The notes under the pieces: generated by a model
What the model was told of the DNA's origin: nothing
Database searches by the model: none
The model's input: only the letters and a program-made list of their open reading frames with translations
Shown: positions 27,166 through 47,424 of the stretch, piece by piece
How positions within the stretch are numbered: position 1 is the stretch's first letter
Layout of the letters: each line of letters opens with the position of its first letter
Origin: an uncultured delta proteobacterium
Lineage (GTDB): Bacteria; Myxococcota_A; Polyangia; Haliangiales; Haliangiaceae
Length of the DNA: 64,000 bases
NCBI GenBank assembly: GCA_963743525.1
Contig: CAVUQH010000004.1
Location: forward strand, 704,001 to 768,000
Reading direction: 5' to 3'
Program-made: the position numbers and the translations under genes

Positions 27166-27792
27166 ATGGTGACGTTGTTTAGCTCGAGCAAGACCAGAGC
27201 GGTCCTCGCCCTCGCGGTCGCGGTCGGAATCGGGTTCGCAACCCATCCGGCGGCCGCCGAGAAGAACAAGAAGAAGAACGACTCGTCGTCGTACTGGAGC
27301 ATCGCCTTCCTCGGGGGAGAGCTGTTCCCGCGTCGCGACATGCGGTCGACTCACGACGCCGGCCTCGCTGCCGGCGGGCGCATCGGCTGGACCAGCTCGA
27401 TGGGCCTGGGTCTGAACGTGGCCATCGACTACGCCCCGCTGGCGCGCAACGCCACCAGCGATCCGCTCGAGAGCTTCGAGACCCACTTCGGCCTGCTGAC
27501 CCTGCAGCCGAGCTACACCCTCAGCTGGAAGAGTCTGCGCCTGTGGGTGGCGGGCGGCGTCGGCATGGCCGCCGAGCGCTCACGGCGCTTCTACCGCGAT
27601 GTCGCCGGCGAGCGCCGCACCGACTACTCGCCCGCGGCCACTGCCGTCGGCGGTCTCGAGCTGCACCTGTTCAACGGCGGCGGCCTGGTCGCCACCGCCA
27701 GCTACTCGCGCCTGTTCAAGGCGGTCGGCTTCACCGACGTCAAGTACGAGTTCGTCAACCTGACCGGTGGCTTCGTCTTCACCTTCCGCTAG
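27166..27792 (+). CDS. Outer-membrane beta-barrel protein (small, OmpA/OmpW-like strands)
   Basis: Signal peptide, amphipathic strands, C-terminal GGFVFTFR. Confidence 0.65.
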   Translation: MVTLFSSSKTRAVLALAVAVGIGFATHPAAAEKNKKKNDSSSYWSIAFLGGELFPRRDMRSTHDAGLAAGGRIGWTSSMGLGLNVAIDYAPLARNATSDPLESFETHFGLLTLQPSYTLSWKSLRLWVAGGVGMAAERSRRFYRDVAGERRTDYSPAATAVGGLELHLFNGGGLVATASYSRLFKAVGFTDVKYEFVNLTGGFVFTFR

Positions 27793-29159
<1,367 letters not shown>

Positions 29160-29160
<1 letters not shown>

Positions 29161-29708
29161 CAGACAGCCTTCCCCAGCTCTTCGACCGTGAGGTTCGAGT
29201 TGGTGTAGATGCAGATGTCGGCGGCGATGCCCATCGCCTTCTCGGCGATGGTGCGGGCGCTCATCTCGGTGTTGCCGAGCAGCGCGCGCGCCGCGGCCAA
29301 CGCGTACGGACCGCCCGAGCCGATGGCGGCGATGCCGTCGTCGGGCTCGATCAGGTCACCGGTGCCGGACAGGAGGTAGGTGGCGTTGACGTCGGCGACG
29401 ATCAGCATCGCCTCCAGCCGCCGCAGCACCCGGTCGGTGCGCCAGTCCTTGGCCATCTCCACCGCGGCGCGGCGGAGGTTGCCGGCCTGCGCGCTGAGCT
29501 TGGCCTCGAGCCGCTCGAACAGGGCAATGCCGTCGGCGGCCGAGCCGGCGAAACCGCCGATCACCTTGCCGTCGCCCATCCGGCGCACTTTGCGCGCCCC
29601 GCCCTTCATCACCGTGTTGCCCAGGGACACCTGGCCGTCGCCGGCGACGACGACGTCGCCGCCGCGCCGGACCGAGAGGATGGTCGTCGAGCGAATCCGT
29701 GGTTTCAC
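29160..29708 (-). CDS. hslV: ATP-dependent protease peptidase subunit HslV
   Basis: [37 protein letters not shown]. Confidence 0.98.
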
Positions 29709-29782
29709 GGCGCCTTTGTAACTCCGCTATCGTCCCCTGCCAAGGCGCCCGATCGGGCAGGCCGGGCTTTTTTTCGGCTTTT

Positions 29783-30733
29783 TCAGCCCTTTTTCGCCCG
29801 CGGATGGGCTGCGTCGTAGACCCGGGTCAGGTGGTCCATCGACACCTTCGTGTAGATCTGGGTTGACGCCAGGCTGGCGTGGCCCAGGAGCTCCTGAATG
29901 CTGCGCAGGTCGACCCCACCGTCGAGCAGGTGGGTGGCCACCGAGTGGCGCAGGGCGTGGGGTGTGCTGCCCAGGAGCCCGGTCTGCACCGCGTAGCGCT
30001 CGAGGATCCGCTGGGCCGAGCGCGCGGTCAGCCGCCCGCCGCGGTGATTGAGGAACAGCGCGCGGGGGTCGCACGCCCCGGTCTTCGGGTGGCGGAACTG
30101 GTCGCGCGCGGCCAGGTAGGCGCTGATCGCCTCGTCGGCCTTGCCGCCCAGCGGGACCACGCGGTCCTTGCCGCCCTTGCCACGGCGGACCTGGATCACA
30201 GTGCCGCCGCCGTAGCGGCCGCTGTCGAGGTCGTCCGTGTCGAGGCCGACGCACTCGGAGACGCGCAGGCCGCCGCCGTACAACACCTCCATCAGCGCGC
30301 GGTCGCGCAGGCGCAGGTGCTCGGCGCGGTTGGCATCGGTGGCGCGAGCGGTGACGGGCGCCTCGACCAGGCGAAAGGTGTCGTTGACGTCGAGCGCCCG
30401 CGGCAGCGGCTTGGCCCGCTTGGGACCGCGCACCGCCCGCGCCGGGTTGCCGTCGATGATTCCGGTCTTGGCCAGGAAGCGGAAGAAGGCGCGCAGACTG
30501 GACAGCTTGCGCGCGACGCTCGACGGCGCGTTGACGCCGAACAGACCGGCCAGGTGCTGGCGGATGTCGGTGGTGGTCAGCGTCGCCGGTTTGGGCTCGC
30601 GTCCCTCGCGTTCGACGTAGGCGCGGCGAAACTCCTCGAGGTCGCGGCCGTACGCCTCCACCGTGCGCGGCGAGTAGGCGCGCTCGACCGCCAGATAGCG
30701 CTCGAAGCCGACCGTCGCCTTGCCCCAGTCCAT
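29783..30733 (-). CDS. xerC: Tyrosine recombinase XerC
   Basis: GLRVSE, GKGGKDR, PHALRHS, LLGHASLASTQIY; canonical topA-trmFO-xerC-hslVU context. Confidence 0.92.
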   Translation of the reverse strand: MDWGKATVGFERYLAVERAYSPRTVEAYGRDLEEFRRAYVEREGREPKPATLTTTDIRQHLAGLFGVNAPSSVARKLSSLRAFFRFLAKTGIIDGNPARAVRGPKRAKPLPRALDVNDTFRLVEAPVTARATDANRAEHLRLRDRALMEVLYGGGLRVSECVGLDTDDLDSGRYGGGTVIQVRRGKGGKDRVVPLGGKADEAISAYLAARDQFRHPKTGACDPRALFLNHRGGRLTARSAQRILERYAVQTGLLGSTPHALRHSVATHLLDGGVDLRSIQELLGHASLASTQIYTKVSMDHLTRVYDAAHPRAKKG

Positions 30734-30769
30734 CCGTGGATCGTTGCCCACGAACGCCGCCGGGGCAAG

Positions 30770-31444
30770 TTAGACGTTGCCGGTCGGCGGCCGCAGCAGC
30801 AGCTCGTCCACGACCGTGTCCGCATGCGCGACGCTGTCGACGATGGCGCGCGCGGCGGCGGCCGGCGTCAGCATGGCGGCGCGGTCGAAGCCGCGACCGT
30901 CCCACAGCGGCGTATCGACGGCGCCCAGGTGAACGCGGGTGATGTGGATGCCGCGCGGGCGCAGCTCCTCGGCCAGCGCGCGGGCCAGCGCGTCCTGTCC
31001 CGACTTGGCCGCGGTGTACAGCGCCGAGTCGGGAAAGGTGAAGCGGGTCGCGGTCGAGCCGATGATCACGACACGGCCACCAGTGGCCATCGCCGCCAGC
31101 GCCGCGCGCACGCACAAGAACGTTCCGGTGACGTGGGCGTCGAGCAGCGCGCGCAGATCGGCGGCGCGAGCATCGGCAGCGGGACCGAAGACACCGCCAC
31201 CGGCCGCGCAGACCAGGAGGTCGACGCGCTCGAGCGCGGCGAACAGCGCCGACACCGCGATCTCGTCGGTGACGTCGCAGGCCGCGTCGCCGACCGCGCC
31301 CGGCGCGGGCATCGCCGCTACACCGTCGAACCGCCGCGCCACACCCAGCACCGCCGCGCCGCGCACCGCCAACTCCGCGGCGATCGCCTTGCCGACACCG
31401 GACGACGCGCCGGTGACCACGCAGCGGGCGCCGGTCAGGCTCAC
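30770..31444 (-). CDS. Classical SDR oxidoreductase
   Basis: VVTGASSGVGKA, CDVTD, YTAAK, GAVDTPLW. Confidence 0.88.
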   Translation of the reverse strand: MSLTGARCVVTGASSGVGKAIAAELAVRGAAVLGVARRFDGVAAMPAPGAVGDAACDVTDEIAVSALFAALERVDLLVCAAGGGVFGPAADARAADLRALLDAHVTGTFLCVRAALAAMATGGRVVIIGSTATRFTFPDSALYTAAKSGQDALARALAEELRPRGIHITRVHLGAVDTPLWDGRGFDRAAMLTPAAAARAIVDSVAHADTVVDELLLRPPTGNV

Positions 31445-32799
31445 GCCGCCACCTGCTGCAGGCCGGCGAGCCAGCGATCGAAATCGGCGACCGCGCGCTC
31501 GGCCATCAGCAGCTTGCGCTCGCGTTTCTTGATCCTGCCCTCGATGCGCGGCAAGAGGCCGAAGTTGATGTTGGTCGGCGTGTACGCCTGCCCCGGTCCG
31601 CGCGCCGCGCGGATGTGCTGATACAGGCCGCCGAACGCGGTGGTCGGCGGCGGCGGCTCGACCGCGCGCCCGCGCAGCCGTCCGGCCAGGAACAGCGCCG
31701 CCAAAAGGCCCATCGCGCACGACTCGATGTAGCCCTCGACGCCGGTGATCAGGCCGGCGAAGCGAAGGTCCGGTCGCGTGCGCAGCTCGAGCTCGGGTCC
31801 GAGCAGGTTGGGCGAGTCGATGAAGGTGTTGCGATGGATCGATCCGAAGCGCAGGAACTCGGCCTCGGCCAGCGCCGGGATCATCTGGAAGATCCGCTGC
31901 TGCTCCGGGTAGGCCAGCCGGGTCTGGAAGCCGACCATGTTGTAGGCGGTCAGGTAGCGGTTCTCCGGCCGCAGCTGCAGCACCGCGAACGGCCGCCGGC
32001 CGGTGCGCGGATCGGTCAGTCCGATCGGTCGCATCGGCCCGTGGCGCAAGACGTCGCGCCCGCGATCGACCATCACCTCGATCGGCAGACAGCCCTCGAA
32101 GAAGCGCGCCTCCTCGAAGGCGTGCGGCGTCACCTTGCGCCCGGCGGCGACCGCGTCGACGAACGCGTAGTAGTCGTCGGCGTCCATCGGGCAGTTGATG
32201 TAGTCGCCCTCGGCGCCGGCCAGCTTGTCCGAGTCGGTGTCGCGGCCCCAGCGCGAGGCGGTGAACGAGCGCTCGCGGTCGATCGAATCGGCCGCGACGA
32301 TGGGCGCGATGGCGTCGTAGAAGTAGAGCCGCTCGCCGCCGAACAACCCGCGCACCGCGTCGGCCAGGGCGCCGCCGGTCAGCGGCCCGGTGGCAATGAT
32401 GGTCGGCCCGTCGGGCAAGCCGTTGACGGCCCGCCGCTCGATGCGCACGTTGGGATGCAGCGCCAGCCGCCGGGTGACCGCGCGACCGAACCCGAAGCGC
32501 TCGACCGCCAGCGCGCCGCCGGCCGGAACCTTGTGCCGGTCGGCCGCGGCGATGACCATCGAGCCGGCCTGCCTGAGCTCGTGCTTGAGCAACCCGGCGG
32601 GCGCGCCGAGCTCGTCCGAGCGCAGCGAGTTGGAGCAGACCAGCTCGCAAAGCAGCGGCGTCTGGTGCGCCGGGCTCATCAGCGCCGGCTTCATCTCCAC
32701 CAGCGCTACCTTGATGCCGCGCTCGGCCAGCTGCCAGGCCGCCTCACAGCCGGCCAGGCCGCCACCGACGACCGTCGCCTCTGGCTCGAAGTACGGCAT
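31441..32799 (-). CDS. trmFO: tRNA (uracil-5)-methyltransferase, FAD/folate-dependent
   Basis: VVGGGLAGCEAAWQ, ELVCSNS, FYDAIAP, FEGCLPIE, GFQTRL, GSIHRNT, ITGVEGY. Confidence 0.97.
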   Translation of the reverse strand: MPYFEPEATVVGGGLAGCEAAWQLAERGIKVALVEMKPALMSPAHQTPLLCELVCSNSLRSDELGAPAGLLKHELRQAGSMVIAAADRHKVPAGGALAVERFGFGRAVTRRLALHPNVRIERRAVNGLPDGPTIIATGPLTGGALADAVRGLFGGERLYFYDAIAPIVAADSIDRERSFTASRWGRDTDSDKLAGAEGDYINCPMDADDYYAFVDAVAAGRKVTPHAFEEARFFEGCLPIEVMVDRGRDVLRHGPMRPIGLTDPRTGRRPFAVLQLRPENRYLTAYNMVGFQTRLAYPEQQRIFQMIPALAEAEFLRFGSIHRNTFIDSPNLLGPELELRTRPDLRFAGLITGVEGYIESCAMGLLAALFLAGRLRGRAVEPPPPTTAFGGLYQHIRAARGPGQAYTPTNINFGLLPRIEGRIKKRERKLLMAERAVADFDRWLAGLQQVAA

Positions 32800-32811
32800 C
32801 GCCGCCCAGGC

Positions 32812-35372
<2,561 letters not shown>

Positions 35373-35376
<4 letters not shown>

Positions 35377-36251
35377 TGGGCCATGAGCTCCTGCGCGAGG
35401 GTGGAACGTACGTAGTTGCGGCCGGGCAGGAGGAGCGCGAGCCCCTCGAGCTCGAGCCCAGTCAGTGCGCGAGCCAGCGCGCCGGCGCCGAGTCCGGTTC
35501 GCTCGGCGAGAATCTCGGGCGAGGTCGGTGCCTCGTCGAGGACCGCCAGTACCTGCGCTTCGTAGCTGCCGCGCTCGGGCAACGCCAGCTCGGGCCGCCG
35601 GGGCCGCCCGTCGAGCGCATCCATTAGATCCGCAGCGCCGGTGACCACCGCAGCGCCCTGGGCGATCAGCGCCTCGGTGCCGGGCGACCCGGGCAGCGCG
35701 GCGACCACACGGCCGTATTCCAGCGCCGCGGCCGCGGTGTGCAGGGCGCCGGACGACGGCCCCGCCTCCATCACCACCACCGCGTCGACCAGACCGGCGA
35801 TGACCCGGTTGCGGCGGACGAAGCAGCCGGGGCGCGGCGCGGTGCCGCGGGCAAACGGGCTGATCAGTGCGCCGCCCTGCTCGAGCAGGATCTCGAACAG
35901 TGGCCGGTTTCGCGCCGGATACCAGTCATTGGCGCCATCACCCAGACCACCGCCCAGCACCGCGACCGTCGGGCCGCCGGCCTCGAGGGCCCCGGAGTGC
36001 GCCGCAGCGTCGACGCCGACCGCGCCGCCGGAGACGATCAGCGTCTCCTCGGCGGCCAGCTCGGCAGCCAGCTCCCGGGCCGCAGCGGTGGCGTGGCCGG
36101 ACGCGGCCCGCGCTCCGACGATGGCCACCGCGCCCCGGTGCTGTGGAAAATCGCCCAGAACGTGGAGGAATTGCGGTGGATCGGAGACCCGGGCAAGGCG
36201 CTCCGGGTATCCGGGATCGGTCGGGCCGACAATGAGCTCACGGCGGGTCAC
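35373..36251 (-). CDS. dprA: DNA-processing protein DprA
   Basis: YPERL, AIVGAR, IVSGGAVGVD, RRNRVIAGL, EAGPSSGALHTA; upstream of topA. Start approximate. Confidence 0.92.
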
Positions 36252-36335
36252 GAGGTGACAGCCTTTAGCCAGCCCCCCCTTGCCCGTCAAGTCTCGAGGA
36301 TCCGATCCTCGAAATTTCAGGTAGTTACGTGAGCG

Positions 36336-37572
36336 CTATTCGGAGGCCCGGAGAACCACCCGGTCGCCAACCTCGAATTCCTGGCTCGAGTTCGACCACC
36401 AGTCCGGCCGCGGCGTTCTTGCCTACATCGACCATCATGATCCGCCCGATCGACCGCGCCGGGTAGGCGGTGTCGTTCTGACCCACGTTCGCTCGGCCCG
36501 CCTTCTCGGGGAAGGCGTCGCCGCGGCGGACCACGTAGAGGATGTTCCCCCGCGCGACGCCCTGCCGCTTGCCCAGGTCGATGAAGACGATCTGGCCCTC
36601 GCCGATGATCTGATCGGCGCGCAGCATCGCCACGATCGTGCCGGTGGCGTTCTTCTTGCCCGCCGTCGGTTTGATCTGCTCGCCGCGATAGCTGCGCTGG
36701 ATCGGCCCCACCCGGCCACCGCGCTCGATGACGTCGTTCGCTTCCTCGATGACGGCGCGCGCGCGCTTGCCCTTCTTGACGCTCTGCACCCGCAGCTCGC
36801 CGAGGATGCGCACGTACGATCCGATCACCTTGCCACTGTCGGGGTGATGGACCTTCTGCTGCTCGGTGTAGATGGCGTAGCTCTCGCCGACCTTCGGCGG
36901 CCGATTCTTCGGGTATTCGACGTAGACCTCGTCGCCGGTTGACAACATCGTCTTGGCGTCGACCGATCCGACGATGGTGCCGGCGAACTTCAGCTTGTCG
37001 GCGTCGACATAGGCCAGCTGGCGCAAGGTCGCGCTGTACGCGGTGCGCGAGATCGGGCTCGACACGTCGATCGGCTCGTTGTCGTCGTCCGGCGCCGGCG
37101 CGATGACGACCGGCGCCTGCCCTTGCGGGTAGAGGCGAACCAGGTCGCCGGGATAGATCCAGTTGGGGTTGGTGATCGACGGGTTGTACGACCAGACCTT
37201 GGGCCACTGCCACGGGTCGTTGAAGTACAGCCAGCTGATGTCCCACAGCGTGTCGCCGCGGCGGACGACGTGGTGCTCGGGCACCGGCCCGTGAACCTTC
37301 ACGTCCCAGTTCTGGGTGGTCTTCTCGCCGGTGTCTTCACCTTCGCCGAAGAAGTAGCGCGGCGGTCCCTGATCCTGATCGTCGGGAATCACGACCGTGC
37401 CGTCCGGCTTGGTCTGGATGATCACCGGCTTCTGCGGCGCGGCTTGCGGCTGCGGCGGAGGCGCCGCCGGCTGGCTGCTGCCGTCGGGCTCGACGGTCGG
37501 CATCTGCGCGGCGGCGGGCAAGGCCCACAGGGCGACCAGCGCCAGCGAAATGGAGATCGTGCGGTGAATCAT
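36336..37572 (-). CDS. LysM peptidoglycan-binding exported protein; apparent frameshift near the C-terminus (36390-36396)
   Basis: HVVRRGDTLWDIS..WPKVWSYNPSITNPNWIYPGD. Removing one base gives the plausible ending VVDSSQEFEVGDRVVLRASE* (TAG 36336-36338); as given, the ORF ends at 36325. Confidence 0.88.
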
Positions 37573-37582
37573 CGGGCGGCTC

Positions 37583-38506
37583 CTACTTGCCACCGGCCAG
37601 CTCGGCCAGGCGGCGTTGCGCCAGCTTGCCCGGGTTCGAAGCCGGATAGACGCGGGTAACTTGCTCGAGCACGTCGCGGGCCTTGCTGGTCTCGCCCAGC
37701 GCGGCGTAACAGAAACCGATCTTCAGCAGCGCGTCGGGCACCTTGTTGCCGCGCGGATAGTCGTTGACCACCCGGCGGAACTCGCGCATCGCCACCTTGT
37801 ACTGCCGCTGATCGTAGAAGGCCTCGCCCAGCCAGTACTGCGCGTTGTCGGCGTAGTCGCTGTGCGGGTATTGCTGCAGGAACGCGCGGAAGCCGGCGAT
37901 GGCGCCCGCGTGATCGCCGGCGCGGAGCGCGGCGTACTGGCGCTGGTACAAGGCGCGCGCGCCTTCGATCTCGATCGACGGGCGGCGCGCCTGGCGCATC
38001 TGGCTGGCGACAGTCGGCACGCGGCCGGTCACTGCCAGGCGATCGCGGGCGGCATCGGGCCCCGGATCGCGAATCGGCGGTCCCGATGACACGGGTACCG
38101 GCGACGAGCTGCTGTCGTCGTCGAGGTATTTGTCGAGGCGTGGCGACACCGTGCGGTCGCTGGCCGCGTCGCCGACGTAGACGATCTGATTGCCCTCGTC
38201 ATCGACGCCGACCACCTGGTAGCCGGGATCGGCGGGCGCGGCTTGATCGGGGGTGAGCACCTCGACCGGCAGCGGCGGCTCGGCCGCATCGGCGGTGTCG
38301 TGCTTCTCTTGCTCCATCTTGTCGCGGAGGAGGAAGACCTGATTTTCCAGATCCCGGCTCTTGTTCCGATCCCGCCGGACCTCGGCCCGAAGCTGATTCA
38401 CCCTGGTCTGCAGGCGGACGTTGTCCGAGCGGAGCGCGGTCGCGCCACCTCCGCATCCGGAGAGCACCAGCCCGAGAAAAGTCCACGCGATGGCCCACTT
38501 CGACAC
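37583..38506 (-). CDS. cpoB: Tol-Pal-associated TPR lipoprotein YbgF/CpoB
   Basis: Lipobox LSGC, coiled coil, YPHSDYADNAQYWLGE, KVPDALLKIG. Confidence 0.85.
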   Translation of the reverse strand: MSKWAIAWTFLGLVLSGCGGGATALRSDNVRLQTRVNQLRAEVRRDRNKSRDLENQVFLLRDKMEQEKHDTADAAEPPLPVEVLTPDQAAPADPGYQVVGVDDEGNQIVYVGDAASDRTVSPRLDKYLDDDSSSSPVPVSSGPPIRDPGPDAARDRLAVTGRVPTVASQMRQARRPSIEIEGARALYQRQYAALRAGDHAGAIAGFRAFLQQYPHSDYADNAQYWLGEAFYDQRQYKVAMREFRRVVNDYPRGNKVPDALLKIGFCYAALGETSKARDVLEQVTRVYPASNPGKLAQRRLAELAGGK

Positions 38507-38605
38507 GGTTCCTGGATGGTAGACGGCGATCGGACCGGGCGCAAAAAAGTAGCCAAACTACCTACATTCTCGCACACCTCCGTGGCGGCGATTATGTATT
38601 TTCAG

Positions 38606-40911
<2,306 letters not shown>

Positions 40912-40916
40912 TCAGC

Positions 40917-41717
<801 letters not shown>

Positions 41718-41754
41718 CGGTGTCCCCCCAGCGGCGAGAACCAGGGCGTGCACG

Positions 41755-42051
41755 TCAGCCTCCCGGAATCGGATCGCCGACGAACCCGCAGACGACATCG
41801 TAGGCGTGTTCTCCGCAGATCACGGAGTTGTGGTACTGCTCGGCGCCCACGCGGGCAAGCTCTTCTTCGTCCTTTACCTTGCCGAGCAGGTCGTTGGCGT
41901 CGTCCTCGCCACCGGAGACCTTGAGGAAGAAGACCGCCGGACGGATGACGAACGACCGGCCCTCGTACAGCAGGCGGTCGCCCGACAGGTCGGCGCGGCC
42001 GTCGGCGTTGAGCTCGTCGAGCTTCTCCTGCGAAATGAACAGGCGCGCCAT
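41755..42051 (-). CDS. Small hypothetical protein
   Basis: ATG 42051 with GAGG RBS; MARLFISQEKLD..PAVFFLKV..DLLGKVKD..GFVG. Confidence 0.7.
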   Translation of the reverse strand: MARLFISQEKLDELNADGRADLSGDRLLYEGRSFVIRPAVFFLKVSGGEDDANDLLGKVKDEEELARVGAEQYHNSVICGEHAYDVVCGFVGDPIPGG

Positions 42052-42230
42052 GGGGATAACCTCATGATATTCGGTTCCGGGCCGTCCCGGCAAACCCGCC
42101 CGTTACCTGGGGCCGATTCGCGGCGTCCTACCCCCGGAGCCCCCGGGCACTTGCGGCCCCGGGGCAGGGACGTTACATAAGGGGACCATGCGGGCGAGCC
42201 CCCCGCTGGAATCACGAAACGGAGCAGCAA

Positions 42231-42563
42231 ATGGCGAGCGACAACATTCTCGAGCTGACCGACGAGAACTTCGAGTCCGAGGTTCTGTCGGCCGATGTAC
42301 CCACCCTGGTCGATTTTTGGGCCGTCTGGTGTGGCCCGTGCCGGCAGATCGCCCCGACCGTCGAGGCCCTTGCCACCGACTACGCCGGCAAGCTGAAGGT
42401 CGGCAAGATGGACATCGATCACCACCAGATCACCCCCCAGCGCTACGGCATCCGCTCGATCCCCACCCTGCTCATCTTCAAGGGCGGCGAGGTCGTCGGC
42501 CAGGTCGTCGGCGCCGTGCCTCGCTCCAAGCTGGAGGACGAGGTCAAGAAGCACATGGCGTAG
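42231..42563 (+). CDS. trxA: Thioredoxin
   Basis: VDFWAVWCGPC, IRSIPTL. Confidence 0.97.
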   Translation: MASDNILELTDENFESEVLSADVPTLVDFWAVWCGPCRQIAPTVEALATDYAGKLKVGKMDIDHHQITPQRYGIRSIPTLLIFKGGEVVGQVVGAVPRSKLEDEVKKHMA

Positions 42564-42688
42564 CTCCGGCTCGCCAGCGGCAACGCGCGGCCCGCTGCGG
42601 CGGGCCGCTGCCATTTTCGGGCAGGCAGCAGCCGCAGCCCGGACGAACCACCTTGCCGACCCGCGCGGAGGGTGGAACGTACTGGAAC

Positions 42689-43402
42689 ATGCACCAACCT
42701 CGCCGGGCCAGCCGAGCTCACTGTGTTCTGTGCCAACGCGATGTGCTCACGTCCGACACGGCCAGCGTGTCGTCGTTGCGGCAGACCATGATCGACAGCA
42801 TCCGCGCCACCCACCCCGACGTCGCCGACGACGATCGGGTGTGCCGTTCCTGCCTGATCGCCGAGCGAACCAAGCACGTCATGCGCGAGCTCGAGCGCGA
42901 GCGCGGCGATCTCGACGAAGTCGAGCGCGACGTGTCGCAGAAAGCCACCGCCCACGTCGCCATCGCCGAGCGCCTGAACGAACAGTTCGACCGCCAGTTG
43001 ACCCTGAGCGAACGCGTCGCCGACACCGTGGCCCGCGTGGGCGGCTCCTGGACCTTCATCGGCAGCTTCATCGGCTTCATCCTGCTGTGGGCCATCGCCA
43101 ACAGCATCCTCCTCGGCCGCGGCGCCTACGATCCCTACCCGTACATCCTGCTCAACCTGGTCCTCTCCTGCATCGCCGCCATCCAGGCGCCGATCATCAT
43201 GATGTCCCAGCGCCGCCTGTCCGACCGCGACCGCATGCAGGCCGACAACGACTTCCGCACCAACCTCAAGGCCGAGCTCGAAATCGCCACCCTGCACGAA
43301 AAGGTCGACCACCTCCTCCACGTTCAGTGGGAGCGCATGGTCGAGCTGCAGCAAGTCCAGCTCGAGATCCTCGAAGACCTGGCCAAGCACCGCCGCGACT
43401 AA
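42689..43402 (+). CDS. DUF1003 membrane protein with N-terminal CxxC..CxxC
   Basis: ERVADTVARVGGSWTFI, DPYPYILLNL, QAPIIMMSQ, NLKAELEI. Confidence 0.88.
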   Translation: MHQPRRASRAHCVLCQRDVLTSDTASVSSLRQTMIDSIRATHPDVADDDRVCRSCLIAERTKHVMRELERERGDLDEVERDVSQKATAHVAIAERLNEQFDRQLTLSERVADTVARVGGSWTFIGSFIGFILLWAIANSILLGRGAYDPYPYILLNLVLSCIAAIQAPIIMMSQRRLSDRDRMQADNDFRTNLKAELEIATLHEKVDHLLHVQWERMVELQQVQLEILEDLAKHRRD

Positions 43403-43428
43403 AAGGCGGCGGCATCACTGCCGCCGCC
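43401..43428 (-). terminator. Intrinsic terminator (probably for the four-helix-bundle gene; lies between convergent genes)
   Basis: Stem GGCGGCGGCA/TGCCGCCGCC with a 4-nt loop; AAAA at 43401-43404 gives a U-tract on the minus strand. Confidence 0.7.
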
Positions 43429-43435
43429 AACGAGC

Positions 43436-43753
43436 CTAGCGGACCAAATTCACCAGCGTGCCGATCACGCGACCGAACCGATCGCGCATCCCGGCATCCA
43501 GCGGCCCGACATAGCCCAGCGCCTCGGCAACCTCGAGATTCGCCAGCGACTCTCTCGCGGAGCCCAACGCATCGTAGTACCGAGCCCGCTTCGTGCCCGC
43601 CCTCCCCGCCGACCCCTCGACGAGATTGAGCACGACCGACTTGATCGAGCGCCGCAACTGCCGCGCCTGATCCCGATCGAACCTCTCGATTTCCTCGATC
43701 AACGGCGAAACCTCACGAACCAACGCAACCGACACGGGATAGATACGCAACAT
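43436..43753 (-). CDS. Four-helix-bundle protein (23S rRNA-IVS / Avd-like family)
   Basis: ATG 43753 with [43 protein letters not shown] match the family motifs. Confidence 0.85.
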   Translation of the reverse strand: MLRIYPVSVALVREVSPLIEEIERFDRDQARQLRRSIKSVVLNLVEGSAGRAGTKRARYYDALGSARESLANLEVAEALGYVGPLDAGMRDRFGRVIGTLVNLVR

Positions 43754-43788
43754 CAGAGCCTCTCCTTTCGAAAGTGAAGCCCCCCTCC

Positions 43789-43868
43789 CGCCCGGAGCGC
43801 AGGCGCTGTCAAGGTCGCGCAGCGGCGCGCGAAGCGCGCGAAACCTTGACAGCGCCGAGCACCGGGCG
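43789..43868. repeat. Long palindrome/hairpin between the four-helix gene and the hexamer array
   Basis: Perfect 14-bp arms GGCGCTGTCAAGGT (43802-43815) / ACCTTGACAGCGCC (43843-43856); inner GCGCGC-GAA-GCGCGC; outer CGCCCGG/CCGGGCG. Confidence 0.85.
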
Positions 43869-43890
43869 ACAATCAAACCTCACGAGCGAG

Positions 43891-44361
<471 letters not shown>

Positions 44362-44362
<1 letters not shown>

Positions 44363-45521
44363 CAGCCGACGTGCCGTCTCATCGACACCGACGACACCAG
44401 CCCCAGCGCCATGAAGAACGTCAGAATCGACGACCCGCCATAACTCACCAGCGGCAGCGTCACCCCGACCACCGGCGCCAGCCCCAGCACCATGCAGATG
44501 TTGACCACCGTGTGCCAGAACACCAGCGCCGCCACCCCGAGGCAGATCGTCGCGCCAAACCGGTCGCGCGCCGACAGCGCCACGTTCACGATCCAGAAGA
44601 TCAAGAACCCGTACAAGATCAGCAGCACCAACGCGCCGATGAACCCCCACTCCTCGCCCCAAACCGAGAACGGAAAATCGGTCCACTGCTCGGGCAAGAA
44701 GCTGAACTGGTTCTGCGTCCCCTCCATGAAGCCCTTGCCGATGATCCGACCCGAGCCGATGGCAAAGATCGACTGCCGCGTGTGCCACCCGTTGCCCGTG
44801 GGATCGTTCGACGGATCCAGAAACGCCAGCACGCGGTTCTTCTGGTAGTCGTGCATGTAATCCCACAGGATCGGCAGCGTCGCGATGCTCACCACATGCC
44901 CGATCAAGATCGGCCACAAGTTCGACATCGCCAGATACCCAATCGACAGGATCAGCAGATAGATCAGCACCGCGCTGCCCAGATCCGGCTGCGCGGCCAC
45001 GATCAGCACCGGCGCCACCACCGCGGCCCAGCGCGCGACCTGCTGTTTGACCGACATCGTGTCGTCGTCGCGGTCGTGAACCATCCTGGCCATCGCCAGG
45101 ATCACCGCGATCTTCGCCAACTCCGACGGCTGCACCCGGAAGAAACCAAAGCCGAGCCATCGCTGCGCACCTTTGGCCGTGTGCCCGAGTATCAGCACCG
45201 CCACCACCATGATCACCGTCGCCCCCAACGCCAGCCACGCGATCCGTGTCAGGTTGCGGTAGTCGAGCAGCGTCATGCCGATGTACAGCGCGATGCCCAG
45301 ACAGACCCAGGTGATCTGCGAGTCGAACTTCCCCGAGTGATCCGGCGCCCCCTGCGCAGCCGCGATGCGGAACGTCGCGCTGTACAGATTGACCAGCCCG
45401 ATCACCAGGATCAGCGCGATCGTCGCGAACAGCGGCCAGTCGAAGTAGGCCACGAACCGGCGGAAGCGGCCGATGCCGACCGTCGCCGGCCCGCGCAGCC
45501 ACCCCTTGGTCTTGCCCAGCC

Positions 45522-45525
<4 letters not shown>
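44362..45525 (-). CDS. rodA: Rod shape-determining SEDS glycosyltransferase RodA
   Basis: [48 protein letters not shown]. Confidence 0.96.
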
Positions 45526-47417
<1,892 letters not shown>

Positions 47418-47424
47418 GGCGCCC

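Noticed and set aside
29745..29785. GC hairpin plus T-run as an intrinsic terminator
   Set aside because: The T-run is on the plus strand while the flanking genes are on the minus strand. It more likely represents A-tracts upstream of the hslV promoter.
29783..30733. Integrase marking a prophage or genomic island
   Set aside because: It sits in the standard dprA-topA-trmFO-xerC-hslVU housekeeping context, with no att sites or cargo genes.
43436..43753. Diversity-generating retroelement or 23S rRNA intervening sequence
   Set aside because: No reverse transcriptase, TR/VR pair or rRNA was seen in the window.
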